From positions 32,001 to 96,000 of the forward strand of contig OY760074.1 of NCBI GenBank assembly GCA_963663035.1: 64,000 bases of DNA. The letters are read 5' to 3'. The notes beneath the pieces were generated by a model. That model saw only the letters and a list, made by a program, of their open reading frames with translations. It did not search any database and was not told the origin of the DNA. Of the stretch, positions 1 through 12,563 are shown piece after piece; position 1 is the first letter of the stretch; every line of letters starts with the position of its first letter. The position numbers and the translations under genes were made by a program. The stretch is from Acidobacteriota bacterium (lineage in GTDB: Bacteria > Acidobacteriota > UBA6911 > RPQK01 > JADFOI01).

Positions 1-327
1 GCTCATATCAATCAAAAAGGCCAGTCTTAGTGGTCCCATCTCGCCGCTTGCGTTGCGGGGAGGTTCAAAAAAGGCAATTTCCTGAGGAACTCCGTCCTCC
101 CAGACTCGAAAGTGGTTTCTGTTCAAGTTGTTGATGAGTTGTCCCTGGGCCTCTCTCACCGTGAATTTCAAGGTGGCCAGGTTCACATCCACGCGAATGT
201 TCTGTTCCGAGATTTGGCTGGATGATTGAGCTGGTATGGAGGAGGTGATACAGGAAAAAGTCAGCACCCAGAAGGTCAAGGCCCGAAGATCGAAGGCCAC
301 ACGAATGATTTGCCTCAATCCTGTCAT
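1..327 (-). CDS. VWA domain protein, acidobacterial VWFA type (runs off window start)
   Basis: Manual translation from ATG at 327 (overlaps folE stop): MTGLRQ...signal-like region...NIRVDVNLATLKFTVREAQGQLINNLNRNHFRVWEDGVPQEIAFF...LAFLIDMS (start of MIDAS DxS motif). Confidence 0.8.
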   Translation of the reverse strand, partial: MTGLRQIIRVAFDLRALTFWVLTFSCITSSIPAQSSSQISEQNIRVDVNLATLKFTVREAQGQLINNLNRNHFRVWEDGVPQEIAFFEPPRNASGEMGPLRLAFLIDMS

Positions 328-875
328 CAGCTGTTGATTCTCACCAGATTCAAAAACTCCATCCGAGATCGCTGATCCTGGCGGAATTTACCCAGCAGGG
401 CAGAGGTGGTGATTTTGGCGTTCTGCTTTTCGACACCGCGCATCATCATGCACAGATGCTGTGCTTCGATAATCACACCAACTCCCTGAGGATTTGCCTG
501 TTCGTTGATGGTATTGGCGATCTGTTGAGTGAGCCGCTCCTGGACCTGGAGTCGACGTGCAAACATATCCACAAGCCGAGGGATTTTGCTCAAGCCGATC
601 ACCTTATTGGAAGGCAGATAGCCCACATGACATTTCCCGAAAAAGGGCAGGAGATGGTGCTCGCACAGGCTGTAGACCTCAATATTTCTGATAACCACCA
701 TCTCATCATACTGGACATCAAAGAGGGCCCCTTTGAGAATCCCCTTAACATTCTCGTCGTAGCCTTTGGTGAGGTAGCGGAGCGTCTCAACCACGCGAGC
801 CGGCGTGTCTATGAGGCCTTCACGCTTTGGGTCTTCACCCAGTCCCTTCAAGATGCCCTCAACCAATTCTTTCAA
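327..875 (-). CDS. folE: GTP cyclohydrolase I
   Basis: Motifs [52 protein letters not shown]. Confidence 0.97.
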   Translation of the reverse strand: MKELVEGILKGLGEDPKREGLIDTPARVVETLRYLTKGYDENVKGILKGALFDVQYDEMVVIRNIEVYSLCEHHLLPFFGKCHVGYLPSNKVIGLSKIPRLVDMFARRLQVQERLTQQIANTINEQANPQGVGVIIEAQHLCMMMRGVEKQNAKITTSALLGKFRQDQRSRMEFLNLVRINS

Positions 876-884
876 TGCTTTCCC

Positions 885-1226
885 TTATCCTGGCGGCCAA
901 TCGAAGACCCGCCCACCCAACAGATGCAGGTGAATATGAAACACGCTTTGCCCCGCTTCCACGCCGTTGTTAAGCACTACCCGAAAGCCGGAGTCGAGCT
1001 TTTCGTCACTGGCGATTTGACGGGCCATCAAAAGAAGATGACCCAGCAGGTCGCCCTCTTGTTCGGAAGCTTCAGCCAGTGTCGGGATGTGCTTTTTGGG
1101 GATGATGAGAATGTGGGTTGGCGCTTGTGAGTTGATATCCCGAAATGCCACCGCCTGATCGTCTTCTCGAAGAATTTCAGACTTTAATTCTCCCCGAGCA
1201 ATTTTGCAAAAGATGCAATCTGACAC
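885..1226 (-). CDS. Histidine triad nucleotide-binding protein (HINT)
   Basis: DCIFCKI...APTHILIIPKKH...GQSVFHIHLHLLGGR; GTG start at 1226 after AAGGAG RBS (track ORF over-extended to 1370). Confidence 0.93.
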   Translation of the reverse strand: MSDCIFCKIARGELKSEILREDDQAVAFRDINSQAPTHILIIPKKHIPTLAEASEQEGDLLGHLLLMARQIASDEKLDSGFRVVLNNGVEAGQSVFHIHLHLLGGRVFDWPPG

Positions 1227-1300
1227 AAGGTTCTCCTTAGTGGGCGCGGCACTCAGTTGAGTATGACGCCCCAACCATATCAAAAAAGCAACAAGGGTTC

Positions 1301-2164
1301 TTATCCCTGCTGAAAGATCGCGCACCGATCCCTGCCTGCCAGGTCTTTTTTTGAGTCGTTTAAGACCCACCCATTCTCTCGAGCCAGGGTCGAGACACTT
1401 TCCCTCCCATCGCAGCCCAGTTCAACAACCAATTTCCCCTGGGGTCGCAGAACGCTTTGGGCTTCGCAAAAGAGTTGCCGGTAGACCTCCTGGCCTGATT
1501 CTCCGGCAAAGACAGCTTCACTTGGCTCATATTTGTCTACCGAGATGTCGACGCTTTCTTTCTCTAGGTGGCTAACATAAGGGGGATTGGAGACAATGAG
1601 GTGATAATAACAATCATGACCTTTTAAGGGCTCCAGTGTCTGGCCTGCTCGGAACTCAATTCGGTCAAGGCAGTGGTGCTTTTCAGCATTGCGACGGGCG
1701 ACTCGTAAGGCTCCGTCAGAGATATCTGTGGCCGTAACGACGACGCGAGGTTCCTCACATGCAAGTGTTATGGCAATGCAGCCAGACCCGGTTCCGATAT
1801 CAGCTGCAAACAGTTCTTGGTCCTCGCTTTTCCGCAAAAGAGCCAAAGCGGTCTCCAGTACCAGCTCTGTTTCGGGTCGGGGGATGAACACTCCAGGGCG
1901 GACCCGGAATTGGCGGCCATAGAACTCTTGCGCTCCGCGAAGATATTGCAGTGGATAGTGCTCTCCGCGTTTGGCCAGCCATTGGTGAAACAGTTGCTTC
2001 TGCGAGGGAGAAAGCGGCCGTTCTGGATAGGTGTACAGGAAAGTACGATCCTGCTGAAGAATAGAGGCAACCAGAAGTTCTGCGTCTTGGCGAGGGGCTC
2101 GGAGGTGACGTTCGCCAAGATATTCGGCGGCAGATTGGATCGCCTCTTTAACTGTCACTGCCAA
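1301..2164 (-). CDS. prmC: Release factor glutamine methyltransferase
   Basis: PLQYL, FIPRPETE, DIGTGSGCIA, SNPPY; directly downstream of prfA. Confidence 0.96.
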   Translation of the reverse strand: MAVTVKEAIQSAAEYLGERHLRAPRQDAELLVASILQQDRTFLYTYPERPLSPSQKQLFHQWLAKRGEHYPLQYLRGAQEFYGRQFRVRPGVFIPRPETELVLETALALLRKSEDQELFAADIGTGSGCIAITLACEEPRVVVTATDISDGALRVARRNAEKHHCLDRIEFRAGQTLEPLKGHDCYYHLIVSNPPYVSHLEKESVDISVDKYEPSEAVFAGESGQEVYRQLFCEAQSVLRPQGKLVVELGCDGRESVSTLARENGWVLNDSKKDLAGRDRCAIFQQG

Positions 2165-2185
2165 GCGCTCCCATATTCCCTGCTG

Positions 2186-3259
2186 CTAGGCGATCGTTTG
2201 GTTTTTTAAGGCCTCTGCCCGCTCAGTGGTGATTAAGGCGTCAACGATAGTGTCAAGGTCGCCTTCCATAATCGTATTGAGCTGGTGCAAGCTCAGACCA
2301 AGACGATGGTCAGTTACCCGATTTTGTGGGAAGTTGTAAGTTCGGATTTTCTCGCTGCGGTCTCCGCTTCCAACCATGGCTCGCCGCTTCTGGGCAATGT
2401 CGTTTTGCTGTTCCTGTAGTGCCTTTTCGTAAAGGCGGGAGCGGAGAACTTTCATTGCCTTGCCTCTGTTCTTGATCTGAGATTTTTCATCCTGACAAGT
2501 CACCACTTCCCCGCTTGGGATGTGGGTAATACGAACTGCAGAGTAAGTAGTATTGACAGATTGACCACCTGGTCCCGAGGAGCAGTAAGTATCGATTCTC
2601 AGTTCCTTCGGATCGATGTGGATGTCCACCTCGTCGACCTCCGGCAGCACCGCCACAGTAACTGCAGAGGTGTGCAGCCGCCCCTGTGTTTCGGTTTCGG
2701 GAACCCGCTGCACGCGGTGAACACCGCTTTCGTACTTGAACCGGCTGTAGACATTTCCCCCTTGGATCATCGCAATAATCTCTTTGACTCCGTCTACCGA
2801 TGAGTGGTGAACCGAGAGCACTTCGACTTTCCAGCCATGGCCTTCGGCGAATTTGGAATACATCCGAAATATAGCCTGCGCGAAAAGAGTGGCCTCGTCT
2901 CCCCCAGTGCCGGCACGGATTTCCAGGATGGCGTTTTTGGCATCATTGGGATCCTTGGGAACGAGAAGAAGTTTGAGGTCCTCTTCACAACGAGCCTTCT
3001 TCTCTTCCAGCTGCTGAAACTCCTCACGGGCCATCTCAAGCAGCTCCTCCTCCTGTTCCTCTTCCAGGAGTCTTTTCGTGCCAGCGATCTCTTGCGAGAT
3101 CACCTTGTACTCTCGGAATTTTTCGATAATCTCCTTCAGTTCTGCATGGGCTTGCGCGGTCTGACGATACTTTTCCGGAACCGCAATCAACTCCGCATCT
3201 CCCAGCTTGAGTGAGAGTGCTTCGTATTTTTCTTCCAATGCTTGAAGTTTCTGGAACAT
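2186..3259 (-). CDS. prfA: Peptide chain release factor 1
   Basis: EIRAGTGGDEA, HRVQRVPETE, GPGGQSVN (GGQ), RSEKIRTYNFPQ. Confidence 0.98.
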   Translation of the reverse strand: MFQKLQALEEKYEALSLKLGDAELIAVPEKYRQTAQAHAELKEIIEKFREYKVISQEIAGTKRLLEEEQEEELLEMAREEFQQLEEKKARCEEDLKLLLVPKDPNDAKNAILEIRAGTGGDEATLFAQAIFRMYSKFAEGHGWKVEVLSVHHSSVDGVKEIIAMIQGGNVYSRFKYESGVHRVQRVPETETQGRLHTSAVTVAVLPEVDEVDIHIDPKELRIDTYCSSGPGGQSVNTTYSAVRITHIPSGEVVTCQDEKSQIKNRGKAMKVLRSRLYEKALQEQQNDIAQKRRAMVGSGDRSEKIRTYNFPQNRVTDHRLGLSLHQLNTIMEGDLDTIVDALITTERAEALKNQTIA

Positions 3260-3280
3260 GTCGAGAGCAGATTAGCCCGA

Positions 3281-3496
3281 CTAAGTCTTGGGCTTGTTTT
3301 TTTCGTATTTCCTGCGGAACCGCTCGACCCTTCCTGCAGTGTCGATCAGTTTCTGTTTGCCGGTGAAAAACGGATGGCATTCAGAACATATGTCCAGGCG
3401 GATCTCTCCAGTTGTGGTGGAGCGCGTTTCCCACTGATTTCCACAGGCGCAACTGACCTTTACTGCCTGATACTGGGGATGGATACCACTTTTCAT
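3281..3496 (-). CDS. rpmE: 50S ribosomal protein L31
   Basis: [33 protein letters not shown]. Confidence 0.98.
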   Translation of the reverse strand: MKSGIHPQYQAVKVSCACGNQWETRSTTTGEIRLDICSECHPFFTGKQKLIDTAGRVERFRRKYEKNKPKT

Positions 3497-3685
3497 ATCA
3501 TAGCCTCCCTAATCCGAAGCACCACTGAGTACTGTTGTAGGTTCTTGTAGCTGGGCACGCTGCGCAGCATCCGAAAGCTCACCTTGTCTAGGAGTGGCAC
3601 CGTGAGGAAAGCAGTGTATCAAAAGCGACCACCGTAGTCGACTTGCCCTAACAGCACGATCCTTTGGTCTCATCGGTCTTGTAGC

Positions 3686-3715
3686 TTGACAACATTCCCG
3701 TTAGCGGGGTATAAC
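3686..3715 (+). promoter_or_regulatory. Putative sigma70 promoter of rpsA
   Basis: TTGACA (3686-3691), 18 nt, TATAAC (3710-3715). Confidence 0.6.
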
Positions 3716-3912
3716 TTGCAACTCAAATTTCTATCGGTGAGGGGATGCTAAACGTTGTCTGATCCAGCACTCAGCAAAGGCGGTGAAAAGACGTCGTGCG
3801 TCCCGTCCTTCCAACTGGCCAATTGGTTGACAAACTCTGAATCTGTGGAGCCTTGGGTGGCAGGCTGCTGCATTGAGACAGCATCTCACCAGGGCTGCTT
3901 GAGGAAATCTGA

Positions 3913-5748
3913 ATGTCTGTAGAGGAGGAAAAGTTGGAGGAGGTACAAGACGCCGCTGAGGAGGAACCTCGCCCGAAAGAGGAGGAGGAACCTCGCCCAA
4001 AAGAGACTGTAGCCAAACCCCCTGTGATTGAGAGCCCAGAGGACCTCAACCACGAGGAGATGCTGGAGGCTTACAACGAAAGCTTCAAGGGCCTCGTTGA
4101 GGGGGCAGTTGTGCCGGGAACGGTACTGAAGATTTCTGAATCACACGTGGTTGTGGATGTCGGATTCAAATCGGAAGGGCGGATCGCTTTGAGCGAGTTC
4201 CGTGACGAAGAGGGCAAACTGGAAGTGGAGCCGGGAGACAAGGTGGATGTGCTTCTGGAGCGCACAGAAGATAGGCATGGTTATGTTGTCGTGTCTCGCC
4301 AGAAGGCAGAACGAATGAAGATCTGGGATGCACTGGATAAGAACTATCAGGATCAGTCAATCATCACAGGCCGCGTTATCGAGCGGGTCAAAGGTGGATT
4401 GGCCGTAGATGTTGGCGTGAGGGCGTTTTTGCCTGGCTCGCAGGTGGATGTCCAGCCGACCAGGAATTTAGATAGCTGGTGTGGCCGGGAGCTGCGGATG
4501 CGAGTGATCAAGGTGAATAGACGACGAGGGAACATTGTCCTCTCCCGGAAGGCGGTTTTAGAGGAAGAAAATTTTAAATTGAAGGAAACAACCCTCAGAG
4601 ATCTGGAGCAGGGAAAAGTTGTCGCCGGAATAGTCAAGAACATCACCGACTACGGAGCATTTGTGGATCTGGGTGGCATTGACGGACTGCTGCATATCAC
4701 GGATATGTCCTGGGGACGGGTCAATCATCCTGCTGATTTATTCAAGGTTGCAGATGAGATTCAGGTCAAGATCCTGAAGTTCGAACGCCTCGAAGAGAAA
4801 GTTTCCCTGGGATACAAGCAGCTGACCGAGGATCCCTGGCTGACTGCGATGGAGCGCTACGTGAAAGACTCCCGCGTGAAGGCGAAAGTGGTGAGCTTGA
4901 CGGATTACGGAGCATTTGTAGAGCTTGAGGAAGGTATCGAGGGATTAATTCATATCTCTGAGATGACCTGGAACCGGCGCATCAAACATCCGTCCAAGCT
5001 TTTGTCCGTTGGAGATGAGGTAGAGTCGGTGGTTCTAGACATCGATGCCACAGCCCGTCGAATCTCCTTGGGCATGAAACAGACCGAGCCCAACCCTTGG
5101 GACACAATCGAAGAAAAGTACGCCATCAACTCAATCGTTACAGGTCAGGTTCGGAACTTGACCGACTTTGGAGCCTTTATCGAGGTGGAGGAGGGAATTG
5201 AGGGATTGGTACATATTTCGGATCTCAGTTGGACCAAGAAAATACAACACCCCTCGGAAGTGGTGCAGAAGGGTGACGAGGTCGATGCTGTGGTCCTCAA
5301 CGTTGATGCGGAAAACCAGCGGTTGTCTCTCGGGATCAAGCAGCTTGAACCCGACAAGTGGGAGGAGTTTTTCTCTCAACATCAGATTGGGGATGTGGCC
5401 CATGGAAAGATCGTCCGGTTGACTAGCTTTGGGGTTTTCGTGGAGCTGAGCGAGGGGATTGAGGGGCTTTGCCACGTATCGGAGCTTGCTGATAGCCACA
5501 TCGACAATCCGGAGGATCACTTTGAAGTCGGCCAGGAGCTGGATGTGAAGATCATCAAATTGACCCTGTTGGAACGCAGGATTGGCCTGTCTGTGAAAGC
5601 GCTGACAGATGATGCTGAAGGGGAGGAGGGCTGGGCCTATAAGCCCGACGTAGCCACCGCCTCCATTGGGGATATCGCGGGGGATGAGTTGGGTCAATTG
5701 AAGACGAAGGTCGAGGAGGCAACGGAGGACGGCAATGACGAAAGCTGA
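3913..5748 (+). CDS. rpsA: 30S ribosomal protein S1
   Basis: Six S1 repeats (ITDYGAFVDLGGIDGLLHITDMSW, LTDYGAFVELEEGIEGLIHISEM, etc.). Confidence 0.98.
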   Translation: MSVEEEKLEEVQDAAEEEPRPKEEEEPRPKETVAKPPVIESPEDLNHEEMLEAYNESFKGLVEGAVVPGTVLKISESHVVVDVGFKSEGRIALSEFRDEEGKLEVEPGDKVDVLLERTEDRHGYVVVSRQKAERMKIWDALDKNYQDQSIITGRVIERVKGGLAVDVGVRAFLPGSQVDVQPTRNLDSWCGRELRMRVIKVNRRRGNIVLSRKAVLEEENFKLKETTLRDLEQGKVVAGIVKNITDYGAFVDLGGIDGLLHITDMSWGRVNHPADLFKVADEIQVKILKFERLEEKVSLGYKQLTEDPWLTAMERYVKDSRVKAKVVSLTDYGAFVELEEGIEGLIHISEMTWNRRIKHPSKLLSVGDEVESVVLDIDATARRISLGMKQTEPNPWDTIEEKYAINSIVTGQVRNLTDFGAFIEVEEGIEGLVHISDLSWTKKIQHPSEVVQKGDEVDAVVLNVDAENQRLSLGIKQLEPDKWEEFFSQHQIGDVAHGKIVRLTSFGVFVELSEGIEGLCHVSELADSHIDNPEDHFEVGQELDVKIIKLTLLERRIGLSVKALTDDAEGEEGWAYKPDVATASIGDIAGDELGQLKTKVEEATEDGNDES

Positions 5749-6010
5749 CCTGATCGATGAAGTCGCCAAGAATTCAGTTTTGAGCAAGAAAGATGCAGAA
5801 GCAATCGTTCAGGCGGTCCTAGATAGCATCGTCGAGTCCCTGAAGGGCGGAGGAAAAGTCGAACTCCGGGGCTTTGGGAGTTTTCGGCTTCGGGAAAGGT
5901 CCTCTAGAGAGGGCCGTAACCCGAAGACTGGCGAGAAGGTTTTCGTCCCTGCCAAGAAAGTGCCCTACTTTAAACCGGGTAAGGACTTGCGAGAATTGAT
6001 CAACTCGTAG
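5735..6010 (+). CDS. ihfB: Integration host factor beta / HU family
   Basis: MTKADLI...VELRGFGSF...GRNPKTG...VPYFKPGKDLRE; follows rpsA. Confidence 0.9.
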   Translation: MTKADLIDEVAKNSVLSKKDAEAIVQAVLDSIVESLKGGGKVELRGFGSFRLRERSSREGRNPKTGEKVFVPAKKVPYFKPGKDLRELINS

Positions 6011-6493
6011 ATGGATCACCTCTGGACTCCCTGGCGTTTCCACTACATCTCTTCGAGCCGCCGGAAAACGGCCTGCATTTTTTGCCGACTTGCTTCCCAG
6101 ACCGAGAATCGGGAAAGCTTCATTCTGCTTTCTCAAGAGCACACCTTCCTTTGCCTGAATACCTTTCCCTATACAACAGGCCATTTGCTGATCGTCAGCC
6201 GCAGGCATGTTGCCACACTCGTGGATCTTTCCCCGGCCGAGCTGAATGAGATGATAGCGCTGGCCCGCGAGTGCGAGCGCGTTTTACAAGAGGTGTATCA
6301 GCCCGATGGCTTCAACGTTGGATTCAATCTCGGGAAAAGTGCTGGAGCCGGGGTAGCGGGTCACGTGCATCTTCATGTTGTTCCGCGCTGGGAAGGAGAT
6401 GCCAACTTTGTTTCGGTGATCGGGCAGACACGAGTCGTCCCCGAGGACCTGGAAGCCACTTTCGACAAACTCGCCCCTCACTTTTCTTCTTAG
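6011..6493 (+). CDS. HIT domain protein (Ap4A hydrolase/FHIT-like)
   Basis: LWTPWR, CIFC, NTFPYTTGHLL, GFNVGFNLG...AGHVHLHVVPRW. Confidence 0.92.
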   Translation: MDHLWTPWRFHYISSSRRKTACIFCRLASQTENRESFILLSQEHTFLCLNTFPYTTGHLLIVSRRHVATLVDLSPAELNEMIALARECERVLQEVYQPDGFNVGFNLGKSAGAGVAGHVHLHVVPRWEGDANFVSVIGQTRVVPEDLEATFDKLAPHFSS

Positions 6494-6494
6494 C

Positions 6495-6642
6495 GCGGGT
6501 GTCCAGGAAGGCCAAGCTCTTCGTTCTCCGCGCCCTTAGATCCTCGACGTAGGCTTACTACGCCTGCGGTCGAAGTCCTTGTGCGGCCTCGATCTTGACC
6601 TGCCTGAACACCCGCAACCAGAACCCCGGAATGAAGCCTTCA
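6495..6642 (+). repeat. Structured REP/MITE-like repeat family B, copy 1
   Basis: About 120-bp imperfect palindrome gcgggtgtccaggaaggccaag...cttgacctgcctgaacacccgc plus tail gaatgaagccttca; homologous to 12395-12515 (inverted) and 16274-16426. Confidence 0.85.
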
Positions 6643-7007
6643 AGTAAAACTTGTCTCATCTGTAAAGACGTTGCCCCAACAAGGCATCAGAGTGAGGTGT
6701 GACAAACACCCAAAACGGTAAAAATATCAAAAGGCACATGGGGGAAAATGATGACTTTTGTCCCCCAGGAGAGGATCTTCTCTGCAAGTTGGCTTGGCGA
6801 AAGGAAATATGCTGAACCTTCACAACTTCTCAAGGAGATTCTAAAGAAAAAAACTTCAACATTCGAGGAAAGGCTCTATAGGCAAGGAGGAGGCGAGGTG
6901 AGGGATTTTTATTTCCGTCTTTTGCCAAGAAAGTCATTGAAGGCCATTCTACCTCGTGGTAACTTCATACCTTCCTGGGCACACTCTCACCGAGGGGAAC
7001 TGAGGGG

Positions 7008-7039
7008 TTTTCCACACCTGTGGAAATTGTTGTGGAAAT
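7008..7039. promoter_or_regulatory. Cluster of three DnaA-box-like sites (oriC candidate or dnaA autoregulation)
   Basis: TTTTCCACA (7008-7016), TGTGGAAAT (7019-7027) and TGTGGAAAT (7031-7039) upstream of dnaA; 1-2 mismatches to TTATCCACA. Confidence 0.6.
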
Positions 7040-7111
7040 CGGCGGGGCTCCAATTCAGCGTCAAAAGGACCCGATTCATACCGAGTTTGCATTGGGTTTG
7101 CGAGTAAGGGG

Positions 7112-8446
7112 ATGGTTATGGAGCTCTGGGATGATGTGCTTTCCCGTATTGAGAAGCGAATTTCCTATCAGAACTTTGAAATATGGTTCAAGCCAACCTT
7201 TCTTCAAAAACAGGATCTCGGTCAAAAGCAGTTGTTCGTTCGGGTCCCGAACAAACACTTCAAGTATTGGCTCGCCGAGAACTATGCCGAAGTGATCCAG
7301 GCGGCGTTGTCTGAATTGAAACTGGATGATTTTCAGGTTTCCTTTGTGGCCGCCGACGATTCCCGCGAGAATGCATCGAGTGAAAAACAGCTAGCCCAAG
7401 CCCTGAAGGAGCCTTGTCAGGATGCTGCACTTTGCCATCTCAATGGCAGGTACACCTTCAGTCGTTTTGTGGTGGGATTTTGCAATCAGTTCGCTCACGC
7501 TGCAGCAGTTGACGTAGCGGAGCAGCCTGCCAGGGCCTATAACCCCTTCTTCATTTATGGGGGGGTGGGGCTTGGAAAGACCCACCTGATGCATGCCATG
7601 GGGCACTGCATCAAGACTCAAGCTCCGCAAACGCGGCTCCTGTCCATGACCTCTGAGCAGTTTATGAACGAGCTGATCAACTCCATCCGCTATGACAAAA
7701 CAGTCCAGTTCAGAGAGAAATATCGCACAATCGATGTGCTTTTGGTGGACGATGTTCAATTTCTGGCTGGTAAAGAACGCACCCAGGAGGAGTTTTTTCA
7801 TACCTTCAACGCCCTGTATGATTCCCAGAAGCAGATTGTCATGACCAGCGATTGTCCGGCCCGAGAGATCCCCACTTTAGAGGAGCGACTGCACAGTCGT
7901 TTTGAATGGGGTTTAATGGCAGAAATGAAACCTCCGGATGTGGAGACCAAGGTTGCTATTCTCCGAAAGAAGGCGGAATTTGAGAACGTCAGCCTGCCTG
8001 ATGATGTGGCTCTTTTCATTGCTACCAATGTGAAGTCAAACGTTCGAGAACTGGAGGGTTCCCTGGTGCGACTGGCTGCATTCAGCAGCTTGACTGGAGA
8101 GAGGATTACGCTCTCGCTGGCCCAAGAGGTTCTGAAGAGTCTCACGGAAAAGAATGATCGCGTTATTACCATAGAGGGTATCCAGCAGGTGGTTGCCCAG
8201 CATTACTCTTTGAAAGTCGCAGAGCTCAAAGCGCAAAATAATTCGCAGAGGGTGGCTGAGCCCCGTCAAATTGCCATGTTTTTGTGCCGGGAAGCGACTG
8301 GGAGCTCACTGCCTCAAATCGGAAAGAAGTTCGGGGGAAAACACCATACAACGGTACTTCACTCGATCCGGAAGATTGAGGACTTGCGCAACAAGGATCC
8401 CCAGCTCCAGAGCACGTTAAGCAAGCTCGTGCAGGCCATTCAGTGA
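7112..8446 (+). CDS. dnaA: Chromosomal replication initiator
   Basis: YNPFFIYGGVGLGKTHL, LLVDDVQF, QEEFFHTFN, NVRELEG, HHTTVLHS. Confidence 0.98.
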   Translation: MVMELWDDVLSRIEKRISYQNFEIWFKPTFLQKQDLGQKQLFVRVPNKHFKYWLAENYAEVIQAALSELKLDDFQVSFVAADDSRENASSEKQLAQALKEPCQDAALCHLNGRYTFSRFVVGFCNQFAHAAAVDVAEQPARAYNPFFIYGGVGLGKTHLMHAMGHCIKTQAPQTRLLSMTSEQFMNELINSIRYDKTVQFREKYRTIDVLLVDDVQFLAGKERTQEEFFHTFNALYDSQKQIVMTSDCPAREIPTLEERLHSRFEWGLMAEMKPPDVETKVAILRKKAEFENVSLPDDVALFIATNVKSNVRELEGSLVRLAAFSSLTGERITLSLAQEVLKSLTEKNDRVITIEGIQQVVAQHYSLKVAELKAQNNSQRVAEPRQIAMFLCREATGSSLPQIGKKFGGKHHTTVLHSIRKIEDLRNKDPQLQSTLSKLVQAIQ

Positions 8447-8498
8447 TTGATCTCTTTCGTGACAGGAGCAGGGAATGATTTCAGAAAGGGAGTGAATC

Positions 8499-9605
8499 GT
8501 GGATCTTGTGGTGAAGAAAGGGGAGCTGCTAAAAGAACTTCAGTATGTCCAGGGGGGCGTGGAAAGAAAGACGACCGTGCCTATTCTTTCCAATCTCTTG
8601 TTAGAGACCACGGCCAATACCCTGGTCGTAACCGCAACTGATTTGGATATCACAGTCCAGGGCATTTGTTCCTCCAGTATAAAGGTGGCTGGGACGGCAA
8701 CCGTGTCCGCGCGCAAACTCTTTGACATCGTTCGGTTTCTTCCCGAGGCAGATATTCATTTCAAGAGCGACGGAGAGCAGTGGATTCAGGTGACCTGTGA
8801 GAGGTCCAAATTTAAAATCGCAAGCTTGTCCAAGGAAAATTTCCCGGAAGTTCCTTCCGTGGACACCAAATCAGTTACTCTCCCGGCTGGACCACTCCAC
8901 TATATGAGCGCAAGTTGTCTTTTTGCCATCACCCAGGAAGAATCCCGCTACACCCTGAATGGGGCCTTGATGATCGTTAAGCCGGGGAGTATCACCCTGG
9001 TGTCGACTGACGGACATCGGCTGGTTTTCATCTCCCGCAATGTGGAGCTTGCAGGCCTGGAAGAAGAGAAAAAGGTCCTGGTTCCTAAAAAGGCGCTCAC
9101 GGAGTTGAGTAAGTTGACGGCAGATGATGCTTTCGACATCGAGTTTGGGAGCAATGAAAACCACCTGTTCTTCAGAGCTGGCGACAGATTGCTTGTCTCG
9201 CGCGTCTTGACGGGACAGTTTCCAAACTATGACATGGTTATCCCCCAAGAGAATGATAAGCAAGTCGTGTTGAACGCCGTAGAGTTTTCTGATGCTCTGA
9301 GGCGTGTTTCGATTATGGCCGATGAGGAATCCCATGCAGTCCGGCTCTCAGTTAAAGAAAACCAGGTTGACATTCATTCCAGTGGCACCGAAGTCGGAGA
9401 AGCGCAGGAAAGCTTACCCGCGAAATACAAGGGAGAACCGCTTTGGATCGGGTTTAATGCCCAATACTTACTCGAGTTTCTGGCGGGACTGGAGAGTGAA
9501 GAAATCGAGCTGTACCTCCGCGATGAGGAAACCCAAGGCCTCCTGAAGCCTCAACCGCAAGGGGATTATCTCCATCAGTATGTGCTCATGCCCATGAAGT
9601 TGTAG
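8499..9605 (+). CDS. dnaN: DNA polymerase III beta clamp
   Basis: TVPILSN, ATDLD, STDGHRL, GQFPNY, IGFNAQYL, VLMPMKL. Confidence 0.97.
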   Translation: MDLVVKKGELLKELQYVQGGVERKTTVPILSNLLLETTANTLVVTATDLDITVQGICSSSIKVAGTATVSARKLFDIVRFLPEADIHFKSDGEQWIQVTCERSKFKIASLSKENFPEVPSVDTKSVTLPAGPLHYMSASCLFAITQEESRYTLNGALMIVKPGSITLVSTDGHRLVFISRNVELAGLEEEKKVLVPKKALTELSKLTADDAFDIEFGSNENHLFFRAGDRLLVSRVLTGQFPNYDMVIPQENDKQVVLNAVEFSDALRRVSIMADEESHAVRLSVKENQVDIHSSGTEVGEAQESLPAKYKGEPLWIGFNAQYLLEFLAGLESEEIELYLRDEETQGLLKPQPQGDYLHQYVLMPMKL

Positions 9606-9750
9606 CCGGGATTATGCATAGATTATCTACTACAGTGCCGCAATCATCCACGCTGACTGCGTTGTGCGACCCGCAAGCGGGTACCCCTCGCACGCCTTGT
9701 CATCGCGGCGCCTGCGGCACTTCGTCACGAAAACCTATGCATAATCCCGG
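9606..9750 (+). mobile_element. 145-bp MITE-like element family A (IS1380-like ends), copy 1
   Basis: Terminal IR ccgggattatgcatag...ctatgcataatcccgg directly after the dnaN TAG; second 145-bp copy at 15814-15958. Confidence 0.8.
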
Positions 9751-9841
9751 CTTTTAGACCCGTTCTCATGCCTCGCCCGGGCGGCCTTCTACTGACTTCC
9801 GGGTGGGTTGCTTCTCCCCTGTGCGAAGAAAGAGCCAATTA

Positions 9842-9888
9842 CCACAATATATAGCGTTCACACAGTTTCCACGCACAATATATTCTAT
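9842..9888. promoter_or_regulatory. Tandem NrdR-box-like sites upstream of gyrB
   Basis: ccaCaAtATaTaGcgt (9842-9857) and gcaCaAtATaTtctat (9873-9888), 31 bp apart; consensus acaCwAtATaTwGtgt. Confidence 0.65.
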
Positions 9889-9915
9889 AAAAGCCAGTCT
9901 TCAACAGAGGGTATA

Positions 9916-9924
9916 TGTTATAAT
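9916..9924 (+). promoter_or_regulatory. Extended -10 promoter of gyrB
   Basis: TG-t-TATAAT, 38 nt upstream of the gyrB ATG. Confidence 0.6.
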
Positions 9925-9947
9925 AACAGCAGTCCAAAAGAGCGTAA

Positions 9948-12394
<2,447 letters not shown>

Positions 12395-12395
<1 letters not shown>

Positions 12396-12515
12396 CGGGT
12401 GTACAGGAAGGTCAAGATTGAGGCCGCACAAGCCCTTCGACACAGGCGTAGCCAAAGCTACGTCGAGGATTGGAGGGCGCGGAGAACGAAGAGCTTGGCC
12501 TTCCCGGACAGCCGC
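12395..12515 (-). repeat. Structured REP/MITE-like repeat family B, copy 2 (inverted)
   Basis: Reverse complement of the 6495-6615 core, between gyrB and gyrA. Confidence 0.85.
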
Positions 12516-12563
12516 GCTGGTGTCCAGCCTCACTTAACCCACAGAAGTTAGCAGGAGAAGAAA

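Noticed and set aside
6748-7107. 119-aa ORF upstream of dnaA, or rpmH
   Set aside because: No recognisable motifs, it overlaps the DnaA boxes, and it does not resemble L34.
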